Assembly: GCA_035492775.1 (NCBI GenBank)
Contig: DATJIW010000054.1
Location: 1,749-65,748 of the forward strand
Direction of reading: 5' to 3'
DNA: 64,000 nucleotides
DNA from: Vicinamibacterales bacterium
GTDB lineage: Bacteria; Acidobacteriota; Vicinamibacteria; Vicinamibacterales; 2-12-FULL-66-21
Shown: piece after piece, positions 50,968 through 58,440 of the stretch
Layout of the letters: each line of letters starts with the position of its first letter
Position numbering within the stretch: the first letter of the stretch is position 1
Position numbers and translations under genes: made by a program
The notes under the pieces: generated by a model
Told to the model about the DNA's origin: nothing
The model's input: the letters and a program-made list of their open reading frames with translations, nothing else
Databases searched by the model: none

Positions 50968-53718
50968 CTACCTGTCGAGCCGATAGGCACCAGCGACAGG
51001 CCTGAGCGGGCGATCGAACCACAGTGGCCGGCGCAACCCGCCCGGGCCTGGCGCGGGGCGCGTGTTCTGCATCCATTCTTTATACGCCTCGTGCGCCAGA
51101 TCCGTATCGACCTCGATGTCTCCGTAGTGGTCACCGGGTGAGGCCTTCTCGAGGCGGACGCGCTGATGCCAGCAGTGCATGCCGCTCACCGGGTCCGGCT
51201 GCACGGGAAACGTGAGGTTCTGATGGACGCCGACTTCGTTCCACCAGATCCGCTGGCTATCGGGGTCGCCGCTCTCGAAGGGCTGGGCGCCGTGCACCTG
51301 CCGCATGCGATAGCGTCCGGTGCCTGACTTCACGATGGACACCAGCGCGGTCGCGGTGCGCGCCCCGCCCGTGTTTTCCTGCAATCGCCACCGTCCGAGG
51401 TGGTGCGACATACCGAGGACGCCCGGGCGGATGCCTTCCGTCACCCACGCTCGCGTCACGAAATGCCCGATGCGGGTCCGCACTCGAACGAGATCGCCCG
51501 TCTTGATACCGTACGCGCGGGCGTCCTCCGTGGCGATCCACAGAGGGTTCGTGTGGGAGATCTCGTACAGCCATTTCACCGCGGACCGTGTATGCACGAG
51601 CGTTGGCAGGCGGAAATTTGGAAGGAGGTCGAACTCGTCCCCCGCCCGATCGAGATTGCGCCAATAGACGTGGCTCGGCACGTATCGGGGCACCGCGTGT
51701 TCGGGCCACTTCCAGGCGGCGAGCGTCGGCGAATAGAACTCCAGCCGGCGCGACGGCGTATTGAACCCGACGCGAGCCGCACCATCGACGACCACGCCGG
51801 CGACCATTCCATCGCGCAGCACGCTCGCCCCGTCCGCCGACGTCGTCGTGCCCGCGAGTTCGTCCGCCGACAACGCGCGCTCGTTCCCGCGACTGTAGGA
51901 CTGTTCGGAAATCCTGAAGACGCCGTACTTCCGCATGTACTGCAGCGGCGTGAGCTGCTCGCGCGCGGCGGCCTCCGGCAGGCCCGGCACCGAATGCTCG
52001 AACATCCAGCCGTAGTATTCGTCCATCGTGATGGGCTGACCCTCACGATACGGACTCTCGAAGTACCGGCGGATTCCAAGCGAGCCGTCCGGATCGATTT
52101 TCCAGCTGAGCGCGATCCAGAACTCGGATTCCTCCCACACTTCGCCGGGATTCGTTTCGTACGTCGCGCTGGTTGGCTCACCGCGTTTCTCTTTCGCAAC
52201 GCGAAGCACCGGCTGCCGGAACCCGAGCCACTGGCCCGCGTGAGTCTCCTGACTCATCGTGTCGTGCCGCTCCGTCCCGAGGCCCATCGGCAGGATGTAG
52301 TCGGCGAACCACGCCGTCTCGCTCCACGTTGGAGAGAGCGACACGTGCAGCCCGACTTTCTCGCGATCCTGCAGCATCTCCATCCAGGAGAAGCCGTCGG
52401 GATTCGTCCAGAGCGGGTTGTATACGCGGGTGAAGTAAACGTCGATCTTCCCGCGGCCCTCCTTGAGGAAGTGCGGCAACAGGTAGCTGAGTTCGTGAAA
52501 GGCGAGAGGGAACTCGCGGGGAAAGAGCAGTTCGTTCCAGTATTCCGGCGGCGGAGGCGGATTGGGGTGCTTGGGAACGAACTTGTTCGTCACGTGCAGG
52601 TTCACGCCGCCGACCGATCCCACACTGCCCGTCAGGACGACGAGGAGATAAAGACAGCGGGTGATCTGCCATCCCCAGAGATTGCCCGCGGCCGCCGCGC
52701 GCCAGCTGTGCGTCGCGAACTGGTTGCCGGCCGCCGCAATCGCACGTGCCGCTTCGACGATGCGATCCGGCGAAACACCGGTTTCCGCCGCGGCGAACTC
52801 CGGCGTGAATTCCGCATAGAGTTCGCGCAGCGCGGTGATGAAACTCTCGAACGTCGGCGGCAACTCGGGCCGGTCCGACGCGAGGTAGTCGCGCCAGTTG
52901 ACCCAGTTCCGCACGAAGTCCCGATCGTAGAGTTCCTCGTCCAGCAGATACTTCGCGATCGCGAGCAGCAGCGCGCCTTCTGTCCCGGGGTATGCCGGTA
53001 GCCAGAGATCCGCCTTTGCAGACGAGTTCGACAGCCGGGGATCGATCGTGATGAGCGTCCCCCCTTTGGACTTCGACTCCATGATCCGCTGTGCGTGCGG
53101 GTTGAAATAGTGTCCGGTTTCCAGGTGAGACGAGAGGAGCAGGATCGTTTTCGCGTTCGCGTAGTCCGGGGACGGCCGGTCCGCGCCGGTCCACAGGAAA
53201 TGCCCGAGGCGCGCGGAAGAAGAGCACACGTTCGTGTGGCTGTTGTGACCGTCGACACCCCAGGACTGGAGCACGCGATTGGCGTAGCCGTCCTCGCCCG
53301 GACGGCCCACGTGATACATCAACTCGTGCCGTCGTCCTTCGACAATCGCCTTCCGAATTCGTGCGCCGATCTCCTCGAGCGCTTCGTCCCACGTGACGCG
53401 CTGCCAATCGCCGGCGCCCCGCGCCCCCGTTCGCTTGAGCGGATACAGGATGCGGTCCGGATCCTGAAGCTGGTTTGGCGTGACCACGCCCTTGGCGCAC
53501 GTGCGGCCGCGGCTGCCGGGGTGAACGGGGTTGCCTTCGATCTTGCGGACCTGCAGCGTCTGCTTGTCGACATAAGCGAGGATGCCGCAGGCGGACTCGC
53601 AGTTGAAGCAGATGCTCGGAATGATCCAGTAGTTGCGGCGATCCTTCCTGGGCCAGCTCGTCGACTCGAAGTCGGTGTAATCGTCCCATTCGGATGGGTC
53701 GGGATGGCTCTTGAACAT
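50968..53718 (-). CDS. Molybdopterin (bis-MGD) oxidoreductase catalytic subunit, no Tat signal (SoeA/PsrA-like)
   Basis: Start trimmed to MFKSHPDPSEWDD (ATG 53716-53718). FeS motif CFNCESACG...RTCAKG. 916 aa. There is no twin-arginine leader in front of the first Cys cluster. Confidence 0.85.
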   Translation of the reverse strand: MFKSHPDPSEWDDYTDFESTSWPRKDRRNYWIIPSICFNCESACGILAYVDKQTLQVRKIEGNPVHPGSRGRTCAKGVVTPNQLQDPDRILYPLKRTGARGAGDWQRVTWDEALEEIGARIRKAIVEGRRHELMYHVGRPGEDGYANRVLQSWGVDGHNSHTNVCSSSARLGHFLWTGADRPSPDYANAKTILLLSSHLETGHYFNPHAQRIMESKSKGGTLITIDPRLSNSSAKADLWLPAYPGTEGALLLAIAKYLLDEELYDRDFVRNWVNWRDYLASDRPELPPTFESFITALRELYAEFTPEFAAAETGVSPDRIVEAARAIAAAGNQFATHSWRAAAAGNLWGWQITRCLYLLVVLTGSVGSVGGVNLHVTNKFVPKHPNPPPPPEYWNELLFPREFPLAFHELSYLLPHFLKEGRGKIDVYFTRVYNPLWTNPDGFSWMEMLQDREKVGLHVSLSPTWSETAWFADYILPMGLGTERHDTMSQETHAGQWLGFRQPVLRVAKEKRGEPTSATYETNPGEVWEESEFWIALSWKIDPDGSLGIRRYFESPYREGQPITMDEYYGWMFEHSVPGLPEAAAREQLTPLQYMRKYGVFRISEQSYSRGNERALSADELAGTTTSADGASVLRDGMVAGVVVDGAARVGFNTPSRRLEFYSPTLAAWKWPEHAVPRYVPSHVYWRNLDRAGDEFDLLPNFRLPTLVHTRSAVKWLYEISHTNPLWIATEDARAYGIKTGDLVRVRTRIGHFVTRAWVTEGIRPGVLGMSHHLGRWRLQENTGGARTATALVSIVKSGTGRYRMRQVHGAQPFESGDPDSQRIWWNEVGVHQNLTFPVQPDPVSGMHCWHQRVRLEKASPGDHYGDIEVDTDLAHEAYKEWMQNTRPAPGPGGLRRPLWFDRPLRPVAGAYRLDR

Positions 53719-53732
53719 GGTGAAATCCGGCG

Positions 53733-55244
53733 TCAGCTCAGCGGCACGCTCTGGCCCGCCTCCACCCAGATGTACTCCCAGGCAGCGCTTCCGGCCAGGG
53801 CCAGGACGGCGGCCATCACGAGCGACAGCGGAATCGACGTGAGGACGAGCAGCACCGGCAGCACGCCGCCCGCGGCGATCGCGACGCCCCAAAAGAGCCG
53901 CGAGTAGACGCCGTGGCGGATCGTGTGGAGCGCCAGCTCGTGGTGCCGCGTGGGGCTTGGCGCGAACACGTTGTCGAACAGCAGAATGAGCACGTGCGCC
54001 GCGACGGAGCCTCCCAGCACCGACGCGAGCACGTCGACCGTTGCGGCGTCCGGAGGCGACACGAACAGCGACGCTAACAGCAGCGCCGCCGCTCCCGCGG
54101 CACCGGACTGCGCGACGAGATGGATTGCGGCGTGCGGCCCCTGCCAGAGATCACGGCCGAGCCCTTGTGCGAACAGGAAACCTGTGTAAGACGTCGCGAG
54201 AAGCGCGACGATCGCCACGGGCCAGGCGAGCGTCGTCAAGACAGACGTCGCGTGCAGCCATCCGAGCAGCAGCCACAGCGTCGTCAACGCGCCGTGCGCC
54301 GTCAGAAACCACGCGCCCCAGACCATCCACGAGCGCCAGTTCGAGCGCGTCAGGATGTAGTAGAAGCGTTCCGGCCGCTCGAGATCGACGATGAGCACGA
54401 CCGCGGTCAAGGCGATGGTGACGAGGGCGATCGCCGGCGCGACGATCGTCACCAGCGATTCGCGCGATCCGAGAAGCCACAGCAGCGCCGCCAGCAGCAT
54501 CGCGCCGGTCGACACCGCCTTGAAGAAGAGATACAGCACCATGTCGACGCCCCAGGGCTTGGCGTGGGGCGTGTCATAGTCCACCCGAGGGTCGCCGGGC
54601 GATTCGGGGTCGGGCATCGGCGCGCCAATCGGCCGCAGGTGCACCTGGCCTTCCTTGTAGTACAGCGGACGCGCCGAGTTCTCCGGACGTATCGCGCTCT
54701 CCTCGGCTGCGATGTAGAAGATTTTCGGTCCCGTTCCCTTTTCGGGCTTCCGGACGGTGAACGCCTCCCGCTGAACGATTTGCGCGACCGCGCTCGACGG
54801 GTCGTCCAGGTCGCCGAAGATGCGGCACTCCGTCGGGCAAACGCTGACGCACGCGGGCAGCAGCTCGTTTTCGACGCGGTTCGCGCAGAAGTTGCACTTC
54901 TCCGCGGTGTGCGTATTGGGATCGATGAACAGCTGGTCGTACGGACATGCCTCCATGCACGCGCGACATCCGATGCAGCTGTCTCCGTGCAGATCGACGA
55001 TTCCGTCACGGCGCTTGAAGAGCGCGCGCGTGGGACAGATCCGGACGCACGGCGCGTCGGTGCACTGGTTGCAGAGGACGGGAAAGAAGAAGCGGCGCGT
55101 GTCGGGGAAGGTCCCTTTTTCGACGGTCTTGACCCAGCAGCGGTTCACGCCCACCGGAATCTGATGCTCGGCTTTGCACGCGATCGTGCACGCGTGACAT
55201 CCGATGCATTTCCGGAGGTCGATCGCGAACCCGTAGTTGGCCAT
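53733..55244 (-). CDS. Fusion of a 4x[4Fe-4S] ferredoxin subunit (PsrB/SoeB-like) with an NrfD/PsrC/SoeC-like polytopic membrane subunit
   Basis: The N-terminal approximately 200 aa carry CIGCHACTIAC, CNQCTDAPC, CIGCRACMEACP and CNFCANR clusters. The C-terminal approximately 290 aa contain about 8 TM helices. Confidence 0.85.
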   Translation of the reverse strand: MANYGFAIDLRKCIGCHACTIACKAEHQIPVGVNRCWVKTVEKGTFPDTRRFFFPVLCNQCTDAPCVRICPTRALFKRRDGIVDLHGDSCIGCRACMEACPYDQLFIDPNTHTAEKCNFCANRVENELLPACVSVCPTECRIFGDLDDPSSAVAQIVQREAFTVRKPEKGTGPKIFYIAAEESAIRPENSARPLYYKEGQVHLRPIGAPMPDPESPGDPRVDYDTPHAKPWGVDMVLYLFFKAVSTGAMLLAALLWLLGSRESLVTIVAPAIALVTIALTAVVLIVDLERPERFYYILTRSNWRSWMVWGAWFLTAHGALTTLWLLLGWLHATSVLTTLAWPVAIVALLATSYTGFLFAQGLGRDLWQGPHAAIHLVAQSGAAGAAALLLASLFVSPPDAATVDVLASVLGGSVAAHVLILLFDNVFAPSPTRHHELALHTIRHGVYSRLFWGVAIAAGGVLPVLLVLTSIPLSLVMAAVLALAGSAAWEYIWVEAGQSVPLS

Positions 55245-55257
55245 GTGGAGGACGCCA

Positions 55258-58200
55258 CTATATCGCAGAAAACAACCCCGAAAAGGCGTGTGCGGCCGCG
55301 GCTCTCACGCCGTGCTCCACGAGCGGGAACGTCGAGAGGATGTGGTCGAGATCGCGCGCGCCCAGTCCATAGAGATCCGCAACGCGCGCGTTCAACTCGG
55401 CTTCCACATCCGGTGCGCGCGTGCGCGAGATCCGTTCGGCGAGCAGGGCGATATGGCGGACCTCGGCACGGTCAGGCGGCCAGCATGGCACCGGCAGTCG
55501 ATGTATGACCGCCGCAGGAACGTGCGTGCCGCCGCGAAGACGGATCAGATAGTTCGCCACGAAGCTGTTGAACACGCCGCAGAGAAACCACTGCACCTCG
55601 AGCGGCAACGGTGTCTTGAGGCAGAAAATCGTATGCGTCGTTACGGTCATCGCAGGAATCATCGCCGCGATGAGTGTGAGCCGGTTCGACGAGGACGCGA
55701 CCTCGCGATACCCGAGCCGTGGGCGCGCGAAAGGGCGTCCGCCGAGCGCGCGGGCGGCATTGCTCTCCGGGATGAATGTCGTTGCGCGGGAGGGGTCGAC
55801 CTCGAACGGCCCGATCAGCTTTCCTTCCAGCACTCCGAGTCCGCTCGACGCAAAGAGCGGCTTGTCGTCCGTCGCGTTCAACTCGCGGCCGAATCGTGCG
55901 CCCCATCCGTCGGTCGAAGCCAGCGGCGGCACGCGCGAGAGTACTTTGGCGAGGATGGCGCGGTCCGCCTCCGACGTGATCTCCGGTAACGCGAGACTCT
56001 CGCCGCTGAAATCGCGCACGAGTGACAACGGAACGTGCGCTGCCTCCGGCACCGCGCCCTCGTCTGGCACGTGATCGAGCACGTCGGCAGCGTGCAGTCC
56101 GAACCGGGCCGGCAGCGTCATCGACGTCCCGCCTCGCGTTCCCGTCACGAGCGAGAACCGGATGCCGCGATGAATGGGAAAAATCGCGGCGCGGTTGTCG
56201 AATCCGAGCAACGCATCGATGCGATTCTGCTCGAAGAGTACCCGTCGTAGATGTGACGAGCCATAATCCGCGAGCAGGCCGGATGGCATCAGAAGGCCGA
56301 AGCGGCCGCCCGTGCGGGTGAGTTTCAGCATCCGTTCTGCGAAGAGTTGATACAGATTCAGGTGTCCGTCGGCCTGCCACGTGTAGCACCCCGACTGTCG
56401 GGCGAACCGAGTCAGCCTTGCCGCCTCGGTGCCGCGCAGCATGTCCCAGGGTGGGTTGCCGAGAACCGCATCGAATCCCGGTTCTGCTCGCGGCCGTCCC
56501 TCGTCGTCGAAGAAGACCTCCGGAAATTCCATCTCCCAGTGAAACGTCTGCTCGCGACGCGCGGCGTCGTCCAACGCGGCGCGCCAGCGGCGTTCGATGT
56601 CCGGTGGCAGCCCCGACGCGTATCCGACAATCGATTGTTCGAGCGCCGTCCAGAGCTGGGGCGCCATATCGTCGGCGACAAACCACGCGCTGCACCATGC
56701 GTCACACAACATGCGCCATGCGGCGAGCGGCGCGCCTGACCGATCGAGGGCCGCCAGGGTCCGTTCCTTCTCGCGCACGATCGCCACCGTGTCGTCAGGA
56801 GTGTTCGCGACTCGAACGCGTTCGTTCACAGTTGCCGCAATCGACGCGTTCATGGCGTCACCCACGAAGAGCGGCAGCGGCCGCAGACCAGATCGCGATC
56901 GCTTCGCCGGTGCCGGGGGCTGACGTTGCACATCGCGCGGAGAAGCGCCGACGAGGCTGTTTCCGGCGCGCAGGTGGTGATCGAGAAAGGTGAGTGGGCG
57001 GTCGGCAGCGAGCGTGGACAGCCAGAGCGACAGCCGCGCCAGCTGCACGGCCGTTGGATTTCGATCGACGCCGTAAAGGCAGCGCTGCGCGACCATCCGT
57101 CGGAATCCCGCTCTGACGGCCGGCGAGAGATCGTCCGGGCCGATCGAGCCTTCCTGCAGCAGCGCGCGCTCGTAGGCCTCCGCCAGATACCGGCATGCCG
57201 CGACGAGAAATGCGCCGGACCCCATCGCAGGATCCAGTACGCGCACCGACAGCACTCGTTCAGGAGGAGCTCCGTTCACCAGGGGGGCGAGCGTTCGCCT
57301 TACGAGGTATTCCGTCATCGGACGTGGTGTGTAGAACGTGCCGGTTGCTTTCCGGCGTCCGGTCGAGACGAGCCGAACCGTGCCGCCCTCTCGCACCGGT
57401 ACGAAGTCGAGGACGCCTTCGTACACGGCGCCAAGCTGCTCGACACCAAGATCCGTGTAACTGATTCGCTCGCGGCCTGTGCGGCCTGACCGTGTCGTGA
57501 GCGCGCTCAACGCATCTGCGGCATCGTTGTCGCTCAGCCGTGTCGTGTCCGCCAGGGGAGCCGACGCCGGCGCGAACAGTCGTCCGTTGAACGGCGTCAC
57601 CTTGAGCGCTCCGGCACGGCAGCCGCTGTGCGCGAGTCGCGAGATCGCCTGCAGCGCCTCCCACACGCCCGAGCGCCCACCGCGTTCGACGACGCTTCGG
57701 AGCGACTCGATGGTGTAGCTGCGGCGATAAGTGGGATGCCAGTCGGGCACGAGCCCGCGGGCTTCCGCAAACAGGAGGAAGAGGACGCGATAGATGACCG
57801 TCAGCGCGTCGGACATACCCGCGGCGAGCGGTGCTTGCCCCCTGCGTCGGCAGAACCCGCTCGTCAGCCTGAGGAGCGCCGCCTCCACACCTGCTTCGAG
57901 GGTGCGGCTGACGGCCACGCGATGCCGATCGCTGCTGGCTGCCGCCGCGGCTGCCTCCTCGAACTCACCCGAACCGCCTCGCGCCAGAAGCGCCGCAAGC
58001 GCGGAGGCGGACTCCAGATCGTCGGCAAGCACCTCGAGATCAAAGCCGGTGCTGCGCCTGGCGTATGCGGCGCGAGCGTCAACAATGAGGAACTGCCGCC
58101 CGTTGATTCCGATCCACCATCGCGCGCCAGCCGTCGTCCGGCGCGAGTGTTCCCGAAGCCTTCGCAAGTCGGCGCCCCAGCCGCCGACGATCAGGATCCC

Positions 58201-58440
58201 GTCGGTTGCCGCTCGGACCGCGACGAATTCACCGGCGTCCTCGATCGCGGCATCGTCCAGGCCCAGCGCGTGAACGAGCGGAAGCGCAAGACAATCGAGC
58301 ACCTGCCGCGGCGAGCTTGCCGCGCCGATGGCCGCCAGAGCGCGTCCGATGAGCCGACATACCGCGCGCGCTCGATCGGTGTCGGTCCTCATCGTGCCGA
58401 GGACTTCGCGTGCGAAGAGCGATCCGGAGATCGCCTTCAC
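55258..58440 (-). CDS. Eco57I/PglX/YeeA-like gamma-class N6-adenine DNA methyltransferase with a large N-terminal region and a C-terminal TRD-like region
   Basis: Motif X GTFYTPRPMTEYLV, motif I VLDPAMGSGAFLVAA and motif IV VLGNPPWD. I prefer the GTG start at 58438-58440, which overlaps the helicase stop (GTGA). The track start at 58500 would overlap the helicase by 64 nt, and ATG 58392 is an alternative. Confidence 0.85.
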   Translation of the reverse strand: MKAISGSLFAREVLGTMRTDTDRARAVCRLIGRALAAIGAASSPRQVLDCLALPLVHALGLDDAAIEDAGEFVAVRAATDGILIVGGWGADLRRLREHSRRTTAGARWWIGINGRQFLIVDARAAYARRSTGFDLEVLADDLESASALAALLARGGSGEFEEAAAAAASSDRHRVAVSRTLEAGVEAALLRLTSGFCRRRGQAPLAAGMSDALTVIYRVLFLLFAEARGLVPDWHPTYRRSYTIESLRSVVERGGRSGVWEALQAISRLAHSGCRAGALKVTPFNGRLFAPASAPLADTTRLSDNDAADALSALTTRSGRTGRERISYTDLGVEQLGAVYEGVLDFVPVREGGTVRLVSTGRRKATGTFYTPRPMTEYLVRRTLAPLVNGAPPERVLSVRVLDPAMGSGAFLVAACRYLAEAYERALLQEGSIGPDDLSPAVRAGFRRMVAQRCLYGVDRNPTAVQLARLSLWLSTLAADRPLTFLDHHLRAGNSLVGASPRDVQRQPPAPAKRSRSGLRPLPLFVGDAMNASIAATVNERVRVANTPDDTVAIVREKERTLAALDRSGAPLAAWRMLCDAWCSAWFVADDMAPQLWTALEQSIVGYASGLPPDIERRWRAALDDAARREQTFHWEMEFPEVFFDDEGRPRAEPGFDAVLGNPPWDMLRGTEAARLTRFARQSGCYTWQADGHLNLYQLFAERMLKLTRTGGRFGLLMPSGLLADYGSSHLRRVLFEQNRIDALLGFDNRAAIFPIHRGIRFSLVTGTRGGTSMTLPARFGLHAADVLDHVPDEGAVPEAAHVPLSLVRDFSGESLALPEITSEADRAILAKVLSRVPPLASTDGWGARFGRELNATDDKPLFASSGLGVLEGKLIGPFEVDPSRATTFIPESNAARALGGRPFARPRLGYREVASSSNRLTLIAAMIPAMTVTTHTIFCLKTPLPLEVQWFLCGVFNSFVANYLIRLRGGTHVPAAVIHRLPVPCWPPDRAEVRHIALLAERISRTRAPDVEAELNARVADLYGLGARDLDHILSTFPLVEHGVRAAAAHAFSGLFSAI

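Noticed and set aside
55258-58440. An N-terminal PD-(D/E)xK nuclease domain in the methyltransferase, as in MmeI-type Type IIG enzymes
   Set aside because: I looked for a D...(D/E)xK pattern in residues 1-200 (e.g. around IEDAGEFVAVRA and ILIVGGWGADL) and found no lysine-containing catalytic triad. It is left open for profile or structure searches rather than asserted.
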